Positions 25,973 through 40,460 of a stretch of 64,000 bases of DNA are shown here, piece after piece. Made by a program: the position numbers and the translations under genes. How positions within the stretch are numbered: position 1 is the stretch's first letter; each line of letters starts with the position of its first letter. This DNA comes from Octopus vulgaris (taxonomy: Eukaryota), in the NCBI GenBank assembly GCA_951406725.2, contig OX597840.1:38936001-39000000 (forward strand), in the 5' to 3' direction. The notes below the pieces were generated by a model. The model was not told where the DNA came from and did no database searches. It saw only the letters and a list, made by a program, of their open reading frames with translations.

Positions 25973-28821
25973 ATATATGTATGTACATATATATATATAC
26001 ACACACACATATATGTGTGTGTGTATATATATGTATGTACATATATATATATATATATACACACACGCACATACACGCACACACATACATATATATATAT
26101 AATGGGAAATAATTTGATGTCTGCAAGAATATCTTCAAGAATTCGCTGAACGTCTACAATAAAATTTATGCACCCATAAAAGAGCATGTGTATATTTGAT
26201 TATTTAAATCCAAAGTTTCGTGAATTATTTCTCGAAACTCATACATACATACACACACACACACACATATATGTAAACGTATCTATGCATATACATGCGC
26301 ATATGCAGAACTCTGCATGTACTTGTGTTGCTACATACAAATAGAAACGCGTCTGCATGAATACGTATCAGTGTGTCCGTATCTAGGATTGTATGTATAT
26401 GCCTTGGTATGGATGTGTATCTGTGTATAGAAGGAGTGCATATATACATATATATGTTTGTGTGTATATATATATATGTATATATGTTTGTGTGTGTGTA
26501 TGTATATATAGCAACGGATGATACATTAAAATAAAACCGAATTAGCCGTCCGTAGACAACGATTAATCTACATCAGTAGAAAAGGTCTGCGGTTATTATT
26601 CCTTAAACGTTGAATGCTGTAAATATTTCTATTGATTGATCTAACCCTTTAACATAACTTTAAGCTATATAATCTGCAATTAGCTAACCATGATAATATT
26701 TCATTCTTGTCCGTATCCGCCGCTAAGACATGTTTATGACGGGAATCGGAACGGTGAAGATCATTACAGAGGAGCAAAGGGTGACGGACGGAAACGGGAG
26801 GTAACTGAACTATTAGCGTAAAAGTATCACTTATTTCAGACATGTTGTCATTTATTCTTGTGAATTGGCAGAAAATCGGTGAGTAAATAGCAACGTTTAG
26901 TAAACCTCATATATTACGGGTGCAATAGTTTTAATTGCAGTGTAACTAATCGCTAGTAGCTGCTTGAAGTGATCGGTAACGAGTAAGAATTTTGGCACTT
27001 ATAAAAGTAGAATGGTTTTGACTATTCTGTAAGACAGAGAGTGTTGGTGGGCGGTAAAATTGACAGAGCATTGCCAAATAAAATGTCTTGTAGTATTTAT
27101 TGGAGATCAGGATTTCAGAGTTCAGATTCAAAGGTTGATAAAATATATGTGAAACACGAACTAATGCCGAATATATAAAATTATATTTCGACAGCCAGAA
27201 ATTGTTATTGTTTGAATTTTGTAGTGAAACAACTTGTCATTGTTGTTTATAGATCAGAAAAATATATTTCTGGTATGCAGTTTAATAATCATTGAATATT
27301 CTTGCGATCGCGAGACTGTAGTTTCAGTTCCTGGATCGAGTAGTAAGCTGTGCCCCACAGCCTAACATTTCACTTTACGTTGTTGCTGTCCATTCGACTT
27401 TAATTGAGAATCACTGTGACGGACCAGCGTTTAGTTTAGGAAGAATGGGGCCTCGTTCACTGAAACGCCATAGAAACCAGACTAAGGACACTAGGAGTCT
27501 CCGGATTTGACTCAGCAATATCTAGAGGCTGTTGCTGCTGTTGTTGTTGTTAAGCAACAAGACGGGCAAAGGTGATTAGGTGATGTTCTAGGGCTGGGGG
27601 CGGGAGACCCCAGACGCTGGAAAAAAAATAGTCGTCATGTTGTAGTCGAGAGCTCTTCATTGACGCCCGACACCACTGGGAGGTGGCCTTCGAAGTTGCT
27701 GGAAATGGAAATCTCCAGGTCCAAATTCTTGGACGGCTGCTGCCGCTGCATCTCAAGGTGATGACGATGATGACGACTATTCTAGTTTCAGATGAGCTAG
27801 TGGTGTAATTTGGCCTTCAGCTTTCGAGAGAATATAAAATATGCTATGGGTAATGCACTAAGGTTGAGTACAACCACTACAGCTCCGCGCTAAACATGTC
27901 TAATTGTGCCGAATTTAGAGCCACTTAGTTTGTCGAGTAGAGGGCGCTGGATCTCAGGATAGAAAGAACAACAAAGCTAAATACCTTTACATAATGTTCT
28001 GAATTTAAAAGGCCACAATTACGATTCACTCTCTGTTCTTTTTATAATCTTGTAAATGAGTACCCTAAAATACTGGTATCAAAATTTAGCACAGGCCCAG
28101 CAATTTTGGGATCAAAGGAAGTCAACAGGTACTTATTTTATCGATGAAGATACGATGAATGGCAAATATAACTTCGGTGGAATTTGAACTCAGAACATAG
28201 CTGCGCATTTTGCCTGATGTGATAACGATTCTACGGAGTTCGCCGCCTTCTGAGTACCAGTAATATTATGAATGTTTTGCACGAACGTTAAGCTTTGATT
28301 TATCGTAGTCATAAGATAGCATTACTTACGATATATGTTCCGCCTATTATATATCCGCGCTTAATTCTCGCTGAGGTCAATCTCGCCATTGACACTTCGA
28401 GTGTCTCTCAATAAAGCAAAAATCAAGCACTTGGATTCATTCTTCTTATTTCTATGCCTCTCTAACACCTTTCTCTATCTCTCTGTCTATCTCTATCTCT
28501 ATGGCTATTTGTCTTCGAATTGCCAATGTTGCGTTGTTTGGAGAGTCAGAGGTGAACACTTGCATTGACCATCCTTCCGGAAATTCACTCAATTCTACCG
28601 AAATGCTAAATATCTTCTCAAAGACAATAAGACAATATGATACAAGAACTGTCCAAGCACAGATCACTGCAAACTCAGGACGGAAAGGAAATTAAGAAAT
28701 ATTTAAGTAAGATATCATGTTTAGCAAAATAAATATTTCGTTCGCAGTCATGAATTTTATTGCAGAACATTTCCGCTGCAACCACAGGCCGTTTGATTCA
28801 ACAATATTTTAGACAGAATAA

Positions 28822-29286
28822 GGCGGCGAGCTGGCAGAAACGTTAGCACGCCGGACGAAATGCTTAAAGGTATTTCATCTGGCGCTAAGTTTTGAGTTCA
28901 AATTCTGCCGAGGTCGACTTTGCCTTTCATCCTTTCGGGGTCGATAAATTAAGTAGCAGTTACGCACTGGGGTCGATGTAATCGACTTAATGCCTATTTC
29001 TGTCCTTGCTTGTCCCCTCTGTGTGTAGCCACTTGTGGGTAGAAAAGAAATAGGTATTTCGTCTGTCGCTACGTTCTGAGTTCAAATTCCGCCGAGGTCG
29101 ACTTTACCTTTCATCCTTTCGGGGTCGATAAATTAAATACCTGTTATGCACTGGGATCGATGTAATCGGCTTAATCCGTTTGTCTGTCCTTATTTGTCCC
29201 TTCTGTGTTAATCCCCTTGTGGGCAGTAAAGAAATGGGTATTTCATCTGACTTTACGTTCTGAGTTCAAATTCCGCCGAGGTCGAC
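28822..29286 (+). mobile_element. SINE family A with ~2.3 tandem body units
   Basis: One head followed by repeated ~175-bp units. Confidence 0.9.
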
Positions 29287-30214
29287 TAGGATCCATTTGT
29301 TCGACTAATTAGCTAAAGGTTGCAATACAATGATTGCAAGAAATAGTAACAGATTAATATACATATATAGTACGATTATAGCAGTAAATAATTTAAATGG
29401 CGGAGAAAGAGTAATGCAGATTCAAGGAAAGATAAATCTTGAAAGAAACAAAAATTCATGTACAAACGGAAGATAGAAAACGGGTGAGAATGAAAGACAA
29501 AGGAGAACGGACAAAATAGAGAAAATGAACAACAAGGAATCAAAATGGAGGAGAATTTGAGAGCTTGGAAGCGAGTGCAAGAGAAATGGAATAATGCGTG
29601 TGTGTGAATGAGAGGAATGTCAGAAATATATAATTTTTACAAGTTTTTTCCATGAAATCCGATCCACTTTGCATGCTCTTTATATTGCAGAAACTACAGT
29701 TCGTGTTAATAACGAGGAGATGAGAATAAAAGCCTTGGGGAGAAACGAATGGCAGCGTTAATAAACATGTTTCAATCTACGAATTCCAAGGACAGCGCAA
29801 TGTATGTCTTCGTTGTAGATATTTCGAATGTTGACGAGTGTATACAGAAGTCTTTTGCGTGTATGCGCTTGTGTGTCTGTGTGTATGTGTGTGTGTCTCT
29901 GTGTCTGCGTATGTGTGTAGACGTTTATATAGAAATGATTGAATTCTGGCGAAAGATTCCGGCACGATGCCAAGTACAATTCTATTCCACTTGTTTTCAG
30001 ATACTTTTATTTGTAATTTACTTTAAGTACTTTATTAATTTCCTTTTCTTCGAGTGCGTTCCACTGAAGAATTCCAGCTTGGTGTCGGCTGTTCTTTACG
30101 TTTTGTTGGCAATGGACCAAGATTCTGCGGGTTCAACTCCAGGACAGATTGTTGTTCTTAAGTTATGTTAGTCTAACAGCCAGAGTTCATTTCTTTTGAT
30201 AATGACTTAGTAAC

Positions 30215-30215
30215 A

Positions 30216-30269
<54 letters not shown>

Positions 30270-30318
30270 ATTATTATTATTATTATCATCATCATCATCA
30301 TCATCATCGTCATCATCA

Positions 30319-30363
<45 letters not shown>

Positions 30364-30437
30364 TTATCATTATTATTATTATTATTATTATTGTTGTTGT
30401 TGTTATTATTATCATCATCATCATCTTCATTTTTATT

Positions 30438-30468
<31 letters not shown>

Positions 30469-30474
30469 TCAATA

Positions 30475-30544
<70 letters not shown>

Positions 30545-30606
30545 TACTACTATTATTACTATTACTATCATTATTATTATTATTGTTGTTGTTATTATCA
30601 TCATCA

Positions 30607-30671
<65 letters not shown>

Positions 30672-30680
30672 GTTGTTGTT
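30215..30680. repeat. (ATT)n/(ATC)n microsatellite
   Basis: Direct sequence. Confidence 0.95.
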
Positions 30681-30741
30681 TTGTTATGTTCTGGCTTTAC
30701 TTTAATTTATATCTCTACCAGAGACATAAAGAAACAAGGTT

Positions 30742-30779
30742 TTGCACCTGAAGATCCTAACAGGTGAGACGCAGTGCAA
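30742..30779 (+). ncRNA. Degenerate minimal hammerhead
   Basis: ttgcac CTGAAGA t-cct-aac-agg-t GAGA cg CA gtgcaa: perfect 6-bp stem I, two core substitutions relative to GAAACGTA. Confidence 0.55.
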
Positions 30780-31339
30780 TCGACAGACACCAAGGTATGT
30801 GGGAGAAAAAAGAACGAAGACTAAGAACAAGATTTAGGTAGCATTTTCATAAAAAGGAATTTACGTACACGTTAGACATCCATAAGTATAATCGATCGTA
30901 AACTGCTTAGTTTGGTTTGCCAAGAATTAGGTCTAATACTTGTTTGGTCCCGTCAATACTAATCCAAGTTCCCCAGTAATGATAGGAATTGTTGTTGTTT
31001 TGATATCTTCCTTTCTTCAGATTTAATTATCCAGGTTCTTGTGTTTGCACAGTTTTCGAAGGTTTTGAAGAAATATATTTGTGGCAACAGGATTTGCAAC
31101 ATCAATCTCAAGAAATAACTAATCAATCGGATTTTTTTTTTTTGCAATGAGATCTTGACGGTTTGGTTGTATTTTTCGATCTGTCCTAAAAACTGAAATT
31201 CTAAAAGATCTAAAACCCTGAATTCTGAGTAAGTTATGGTTACTTGTATTCCCACCAGCTGTTTACATAATGTCGATTGTGTGTGAGGCATGTTGACCAA
31301 TTAACATATCGAACAACCCGGTCATGCTTTTGCAAGTAT

Positions 31340-31689
31340 TCTTATTGCTTTACTGCCCGCAAGGGGCTACAGACAGAGGGAACAAACAATGACAGACAAA
31401 TGTATTAAGTAGATTATATCGACCCCAGTGCGTGACTGGTACTTAATTTATCGACCCCGAAGCGATGTTGGGGACAAATACAGACGCACAAACACACTCA
31501 CACAAACATATACATATACATATTTATGACAGGCTTCTTTCAGTTTCCGCCTACCGAATCCACTCACAAGGATTTGGTCGACCCAAGGCTATAGTAGAAG
31601 ACACTTGTCCAAGTTGCCACGCAGTGGGACTGAACCCAGAACCATGTGGTTGGTACGCAAGCTACTTACCACACAGCCATTCCTGCGCC
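31340..31689 (-). mobile_element. Chimeric SINE: family B 5' half joined to family A 3' half
   Basis: 31463-31689 matches the family B head and body; 31340-31462 matches the family A tail. Confidence 0.75.
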
Positions 31690-33653
31690 TTAGAAAGTAC
31701 TGTTTAAATAAGATCTCTACCACGAAGGATATATTTATAAAATACTCGCTACATGACGTTCAACCATACAATGCTATTTGATAATTTTGTTTGAATAGGA
31801 AATAAAAGCTCTGATGGTAAATGGTAGACGTTTCCCTTTTGCCGATGGACATATCCACAATCGAGAGCACACTAAATTAAAACAAACATATTTCAAATCT
31901 ATTTCTATTTCTTTGACTGAAATCAATTTCTTTTATTATATAGCAGCTCTGTTATGAGCCATTCTTCTTTTTATTAAGTCTAAAGCGATATCTGGTCTAC
32001 AGCGTCTAATAATTCTACGTTACTGGATGTCAAAATATCTAGAAGTGTTGATTTACGAAGATCTTTAAAAGCCTTTTATTGTGAATGACTGAACTAATTG
32101 TCTGAAGAGTTATTTCTACAGTTTTACAATGTGGCAAGATTAAAATGTAACAGCACTTCTCATGACACCAATTATATCCTTTCTGAGGCGCGTGGTTTTG
32201 TGGCTAGGCTGATCGTAAGATTGCGGTTTCGCTTTCCGGAACGAGCGATGGGTTGTGTTATTAATCAAAACACTTCCTTTCACGCTTCTCTGCTCCCAGC
32301 AATTTCAGTGGAAAAGGATAAGTCGATTACATGGATCTTAGTGCTGAGCCTGGGTAATTATTTTATCGATATCGAAAGAATAATAATATTATTAGGCGAA
32401 GTGGCAAAATCGTGACCGCGCCCAACAAATTATTTATCGACATATTTTTTCCGGATTTTAGTCCTAAGTTCAAATTCCGCCAAGACCGACATTCCTTTTT
32501 ATTCTTTAGTGATCGATGAAGAAAGTACCACACAACAACTTGAGACCGACGTAATCGAACAATCTCCTCTCCCAAAATTAAAGGTTTGTATCTATATTAT
32601 AAATGATTATGATCATTTCTGTCAGTCTTCCTTTTTATTGCTTTTATGGATGGCCGAGTATACCCTTGCTTTATTCTATTGTAAATCTTCACCCTTATAT
32701 ATTTCCCCATGTTTGATAGTGAAATTTACCACATATCATGAAAATATATCTTAGAACTTCAGTAATAAACATTATTATTTGTATGTAACTGTTTCTTTGA
32801 CAAAAAGAATTTTTAATATTATTTCATTGAAACAGCGATATTTTGAAGAAACCAGTGAATATTCTATGACACAAGAGAATTGAATTGATCTTTTATTCAA
32901 ACAACATGCATATTATTTTTTCATTTTCAAATTCTATACGCATTATCTTATACATATAGTTCAACAAACATGAAATTTAAAATTCAGATATCATTGTATG
33001 ATCTATCGAAGTGTTTTTATTCTTTTTTTAACATTTTTTGAATGCTTTCTCTTTTTCTACTTGGGAGACATCAACGACTACTGGATGTATTGAATTAATT
33101 TTGATGAGGATGTATATTTTTTTTGTAAAAAAGGCTTTTTCAATTCTGTTGATAGCAGCACGCAATATTAACACAATCTGTTGCGTTGGCGAAAAACAAT
33201 TTTTTTCCTGGTTTATGACGCATCGTAACTTTGAAGATCTCGCTGTAGGATCTTAGCTCATTAAAAAGCATGCTGTAACATTCATGTTCTGCGTAGGTTT
33301 ACGATCGTTAGCAACAAAGCCAGGCAAATCTCCTTCTCTAAGTGATATAAATTCTGCCATCAACAAGAGGTCATTGAGTGAAGGTTCTGCCTCGATTATT
33401 GCTCTGATGCTCATTACGACACTAACGTCCCATGCTTCTCATTAGACGAACATACTTTACGTGAGGCTAGTAGCTTGATTATAATGTCTACGATTTCTTC
33501 ACTCCTGCTACATTTTGTCAGAATTACAATGCTTTCTTGAACTGGATTTAAGTATCTTTCCAGTGGGAAACAGATAAAGGCACAAATATAGTCTGACTGA
33601 TTTCTGTCAGGCATCGTTCGGTGGCTGAATGTTCCTCTGTATCCATCATTCTT

Positions 33654-34048
33654 ATTTCTTTATTGCACATAAGGGGATAAACATAGAGGGGACACACAAG
33701 GACGGATAAAGGGATTAAATCGATTACATCGACCCCAGTGCGTAACTGGTACGTAATTTATCAACTCCGAAAAGATGAAAGGCATGAAAGGGTGAACGTA
33801 ACGGCAGACGAAATACCTATTTCTTTACTACCCACAAGGGGCTAAACACAGAGAGGACAAACAGAGACAGGCAAACGGATTAAGTCGAGTATATCGACCC
33901 CAGTTCGTAACTGATACTTAATTTATCGACCCGGAAAGGATGAAAGGCATAGTTGACCTAGGCGGAATTTGAACTCAGAACGTAGCGGCAGACGAAATAA
34001 CGCCAAATATTTCGCCCGGCATGCTAACGTTTCTGCCAGCACGCCGCC
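33654..34048 (-). mobile_element. SINE family A, two body units
   Basis: Reverse complement of the 28822 family. Confidence 0.9.
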
Positions 34049-34519
34049 TTATCCACCATTCTGTTATATTATCTACTGCATCTATAATATTGAACAGAGG
34101 TTTCTACAAATTACTTAATCCTTCAAAAGCATCTGATATGAGTTCTTCTGAGATAATATTCTTTGAAGTTAACTATCACACCTTCTTCCATAAATTGTAG
34201 GAAAGAATTTGCGTTCTGAGTGTGTATTTCATTCTCACATTATCAAAAGAAACCTATATGTGCATTGATCTGCTTCGTACTTTGTTCAAAATAACCATTA
34301 TGTTATTCGAAATGTTCTGATATACTGTGTAAACTTCTACAGCAAAAATATGTTTCACTCACTGGAAATCATCTCTCACAAGAATCAAATACATATTTAA
34401 ATGGTAAATCACAAGTAATTTTGTACTTACAATACCTCTTTAAAAACATTGTTTTGCATGAGTGACATGCGTTTAGCAAAGCCCAATTTCATAAACATAT
34501 ATGAAGAATAATATCATTC

Positions 34520-35294
34520 GAGGCCGACAGGAAGCGTCGATGCTTCCTAGGGCTAAACAGCGGTGGTGTAATTCCCTTACTGTCACGTTAAGTTGACAGT
34601 ATACAACCACTCTATCGCTCCACCACCGTACATATCTCTATGAGATATTTAGAAATTTAATATTTCTGATTTTGGTGATCAGTGAATAAACTTCACTGAA
34701 AATATATATATATATTTTCGAAGTCTAGGAAAAGAAGACCTTACCATGATGTGTGTATGAAAAAAGATGGAAGGAAGTGGCGAAAAAGGTGGGTGTCAGA
34801 AACCTAGTGTAACTATGGATGGAGAAGAGGAAAGGAAAGCTGCAGGGCCTTATAGGTTGCCGGGGTTTAAAATATATCGGTAAGATTTCAATCTAATGTA
34901 ATGTTATATTAGTCAATGCAAAGGACAATTTAAATACAGTTTTTTATATAATGAATAATCCATATATTTTGGAAATTTTTAAACGAACCACTTAACTGTT
35001 TTTTATATGTATGTCCTGTATTGTTCTTCTATGTACTGATTTTATAATCGTAATAAAGAATTAATCGTCAGCTAGCAGGCCTCTGCTACTCTAGACCGAT
35101 GCTGGGTAAAGACCCTGAAACATGCGTGTCTCTAGATGCAGGCCTAGCTGTTGGGGGTATTTGTCTCTCCTTCGTAAATATATAAGGACACAGGAAATGT
35201 GTCGAGGCCCACAGAAAGCGTCGATGCTTCCTAGGGTTAAACAGCGGTGGTGTAATTCCATTACTGTCACGTTAAGTTGACAGTATACAACCAC
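34520..35294 (+). mobile_element. Non-coding retrozyme/Penelope-like insertion: 91-bp direct terminal repeats, 10-bp TSD, internal HHR fold
   Basis: Direct repeats 34520-34610 and 35204-35294; AATATCATTC at 34510-34519 and 35295-35304; HHR fold at 35090-35136. Confidence 0.85.
35090..35136 (+). ncRNA. Type I hammerhead variant (CCGATGC core)
   Basis: tctaga CCGATGC t-gggt-aaag-accc-t GAAA catgcgtg TC tctaga: all three stems form, GUC site, core has U4C and A9C. Confidence 0.7.
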
Positions 35295-35994
35295 AATATC
35301 ATTCAGTAATACTTATATTAGCCCCTCGTGATGGTTATTTCTGTATTAATGTGTACCTTACTTTTCTTTCCTTTTTGTAATATTTGCATTTCTTCCGAAA
35401 CGATATTGGTAATATATATTTCTCAACTGTCACATCAATATTTATATTACCACATTGTATTACATCCAAACGGGTGAGATGGCAGAATCGTTAGCACGTC
35501 AGGTAACATACTTAGCGGCATTTTCGTCCGGTATTACATTTTGAGTTCAAATTCCGCCAAGATCAAATTTGTCTTACGAAATCGATAAACTACGTACGAG
35601 CTGAGAACTGGGATCAATGAGATCAATATACCAATCCCTAAGAGATCGATATACCAATCGTACTAAGTTTCAAACCAATATAGTCTGTTACATCTGTGTT
35701 TATCTTTTTAATGTATATCTTTATTTATATCTTCTACGATTTTCACTCATTAGACTGCGGCCATCCTGAAATACCGGCTTCGATAGACGGGTGTATTTCT
35801 CTTCTGTGTCGGGTGCCTACACTCTCGCACCCTTTTGTCCAGCCACTAGATTACGGAGAGTAAACATAAAATTACCTATTGGCAGGTGGCGGCATGGGAC
35901 AAGTAACAGAGAGAAGCACACATCACATGTAAACAAGAATACAATCTTTACATATATATTTGTGCAACTCTGTGTGCGTGTGTATATGTATATA

Positions 35995-36111
<117 letters not shown>

Positions 36112-36620
36112 ATTTATATATATATATTTATATATATGAGCAGATATGTTATGCATATGTTCCAATCGGTGACGGGCTGACCTCGGCAAAACTTTGGACG
36201 GGGCCATACAAGAAGATTACTTGGCCAAGGCGTCACGTGGTGGTGGGAGTGAGTTCGAGACCACGATATCGATTGACGCGCTTCGTAAACACGCAAGTAC
36301 CTGTATATATGTGTTTGTCTCTGTTGCATACATACATACATATAGCTGTAGTGATGGTTGTATATACATACATATATATATGTACATACAAGTATAGTTG
36401 TCAAGATCTCAGATGTGAGGTAAATGCATTTTGAAAGCTGATAATTACTACGAACATATGACAGTGCTAATTGAAGTTTATGAACATTACAAAATATTTT
36501 TTAATGTTCCCCACACTTCAACATTGTAAAAAAAAATTAATGCAATAATAAATAACGTGAAAACCAGAATATACTCATTGATACAGATTCGGAATTTATA
36601 TATATATATATATATATACT

Positions 36621-36720
<100 letters not shown>

Positions 36721-36780
36721 TCATATTCATATATATACATATATATACACACACATATTTATATATACATATATATATAC

Positions 36781-36848
<68 letters not shown>

Positions 36849-38011
36849 TATATATGTATGTAGGTAGATAGAGAGATAGAGAGATATCCAAATAACTAGA
36901 TGTGACCTATGTATATCCATTTGTAAATAGTAAAGAAAATATTTATTGGTAAACTGACTTGTTGATATTGATACTAAAACACTCTATAACGTGTGTGTTT
37001 AGATTATAATTTATTTAATTTCCAGTTTTACTGTTGGTCAGTGGGATAATTCATTCACATACAACCATCACTACAGCTATCATTGCAGTTTCCACATGTA
37101 ATATGTAGTTTGATCTCGTTTCATGCATCAACTCCATGAGACAGCTAGGCGTTATAGCATTTACCATTGAGCGTCACTCGGATGTTTGGGATACCAAAGT
37201 TCTTCCAAATAATACAACATAACTTTGAGAGAAAAAATACATAAATAAAGGGGAAAGAAATATGATAAAATGTAAACAGAAAATGGAAAACAAAACTACA
37301 TTAGAATCATGTCCGAATATTTTCGAAATCAGTACACGTCACTAATACTAAATATACTGAAACACGGGGCGGATATCAATAACGAAAGATATATACTTAT
37401 GTACATAAATGAATGGAAAGGAATAGATAAAAGTGAGCAAGAAGAAGAAATAAGAAATCATAATTTTCAGATTCATTCAAATGTTTTCCGTATCTCTATA
37501 ATGCTTGTTAAAGTCTATTGATTTTTGCTTTCTTTATAAGTCATTTCTCTGGAGGTGATTCGATTTGGAATGCATATATATTGGCACAGATATGTCTACA
37601 ATAGGAAACTAAATGAGAAAAACCGTGGTTATCATAAACATGTATGTATGTGTGCACTTGTGTGTGTGTGTGTTTTAGCGCGTGTGTATGTAAATATTTA
37701 TATGTGTGTCTGTATGTGTGTGTGTGTGTGATTGTGTGGCATATGTGTGTACATCTATATGTATAAACATATATATGCATGTGTGTCTGTGTGTGTGCAT
37801 AGGGACAGACAGCTAGATAGATAATATATACTATACTTATGTACGTATATGTATGTATATATGTGTATATATATGTGTGTGTGTGTGTATATGTATGTAG
37901 CATCTAAACGTGTGTGTGTTAATCTTTAAATATACTTGTATGTGTGTATATTACAAACGATAGCATTCACTCTTTCTCTTTGTCTCTTTTTCCCAATCTC
38001 TGTCTCTCGCC

Positions 38012-38129
<118 letters not shown>

Positions 38130-38131
38130 GT

Positions 38132-38175
<44 letters not shown>

Positions 38176-38218
38176 GTATGTATGTATGTATATATATATA
38201 TGCAGATATATTCATATG

Positions 38219-38256
<38 letters not shown>

Positions 38257-38701
38257 TAAATTGTTGTGTGCGTGTGCGAGTACACTCGCCCATGAGTAGC
38301 TATTCGTGCGTAAACTCCAAGGAAGTAACGAAATTAAGAAAACTCGTACGTTATATGCAATAATCCATTTAACATCCAAGCAATTTCCTGTCTGCAAAAA
38401 TACAAAATTTTTCCCTGATTCCTCCGAGAATTCCTTCTGCAAATATAACTTAGGCATAAAAGTCAGTCGTATTTTCTTAATTCAGAATTAACTTTTGTCC
38501 TTCCCTTGACGGAACCAACCTTACTTTCTGCATTCTATAATTCTTCCTTCTATATTTTCCGCTTCTGTTCTGATTCCGCCTCGCTTTAATTTCTTCGACT
38601 TGTTTCTACGTATATGTGCATATATGCATTTGAATGATGTACGTACGCACACACACACGTATTTATTCCCACAGATTTGCATACATATATAAATAGATAT
38701 A

Positions 38702-38756
<55 letters not shown>

Positions 38757-38936
38757 ATATACATACATATACATATATATATATATATATATATGCATAT
38801 ATATATATATGTATGTATATAAATAAATGAAAGAATGGTATCGGTTAACCGAATTATCCATAAGATAATTCATTCAACTAATCAATTATATATGTATATA
38901 TATATATATATACATATGTATATATATACACACACT

Positions 38937-38968
<32 letters not shown>

Positions 38969-38981
38969 CATATATATATAC

Positions 38982-39088
<107 letters not shown>

Positions 39089-39685
39089 CACATACATAAG
39101 CATTTCATTATAGATATTGTAATACGTGTATGCGTGTGTATATATATATACAGGGAGAGAGAGGGAGACACACAGACATAAAGACAGACAGATAGATAGA
39201 GAGACAGACAGAGAAACTGAGAGAGGTGGAGAGACGGAGGAAGTGATTGATAGAGAGAGAGAGGGATAGAGAAACAGAAATAGAAATTGATAGATATACA
39301 GACAGACTGACAGGCAGGCAGGCAAATAGATTATGTTTTAGACAGCTTAAATCAGAATGACTAGAATATATAATTAAGTATCACAGTCCTCACTGTCTGT
39401 GAAATAAGAATGTAAACCTTCCTATGATCTTGAAATGCGGAGTGAGTTTCCTAACTGACCGTTCAGCAATTTGTTAGCTGCTCCTGAGAAATAATATAGC
39501 CACGTTCTGCCGTGAGATTCCCTCCCTCTTTTAAATCCATGACCACAGTCTATATAAAAATGCTTTTACATTCTTATTATGTCCGCAATGAAAGCAAAAA
39601 AATATGCTTCGGATACATGCGTACATTCTTCAACGCATGCATACATAGCAGCATATATACCTACTCTCCGGCCCTCCCTACCTAG

Positions 39686-39828
39686 GAGCACTCCGTCGAT
39701 TACGACGATGAGGTCCCAGCTGATACGATCAACGGAACAGCCAGCTCGTGAAATTAACGTGCAAATGGCTGAGCACTCCACAGACACGTGTACCCACTAA
39801 CGTAGTTCTCAGGGAGATTCAGCGTGAT
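39686..39828 (-). mobile_element. SINE family C, 3' part
   Basis: Reverse complement of about 49510-49650. Confidence 0.8.
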
Positions 39829-40016
39829 ACATACTTACATACATGCATACTTACATACATACATACATACATACATACATGCATACATACATACATACAT
39901 ACATACATACATACATACATACATACATACATACATACATACATACATGCATACATACATACATACATACACACATACATACATACATACATACACACAT
40001 ACATACACACATACAT
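39829..40016. repeat. (CATA)n microsatellite
   Basis: Direct sequence. Confidence 0.95.
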
Positions 40017-40113
40017 ATTTCCACCATAAATATATACATATATGGTGAAGCCCCATTCGTGACAGTGTAAGACCCTATCATAAACTCATTTCCCTCTAAG
40101 GAGCACCTCACGT

Positions 40114-40460
40114 GTGTTGTTCTCAAAGCTGGTGACGTCTCATACTGATCCTAATTCCTGCAAGCGATACACAACTGATGCCACTCTGATCACAAATCGG
40201 CTTTCAATCAGCAGTCGGACTTCATGTTGGGACTTCGAATCCCGAGTGAGTCCACTAGCCAACCGAAGCAATTCGAAACATGTGATCAATGTTTATACGC
40301 CAAATGTCGTCAGTGCACAGGATGAATTAAATATCTGTTATGGTGATCTGAGAATCATTCTGAAAAATGTTGATAAGAATGAGAAATTTGCTTTTCGGGT
40401 GGATGGACCGATTGCATCTGTAAGACGAGTTGTTTACTTTGGAGGACCATAGGAATTCCC
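40114..40460 (+). mobile_element. RTE-type LINE AP-endonuclease remnant
   Basis: VINVYTPN...DELNICYGDLRIILKNVDKNEK resembles IISAYAPT..EEKE.FY..L...L..V...DK. Confidence 0.55.

Noticed and set aside
27555-27760. GC-rich segment with a short ORF
   Set aside because: No recognisable protein motif or splice signals; probably a transposon fragment
32096-32130. attgt CTGAAGA...acaat
   Set aside because: No GAAA and no stem II
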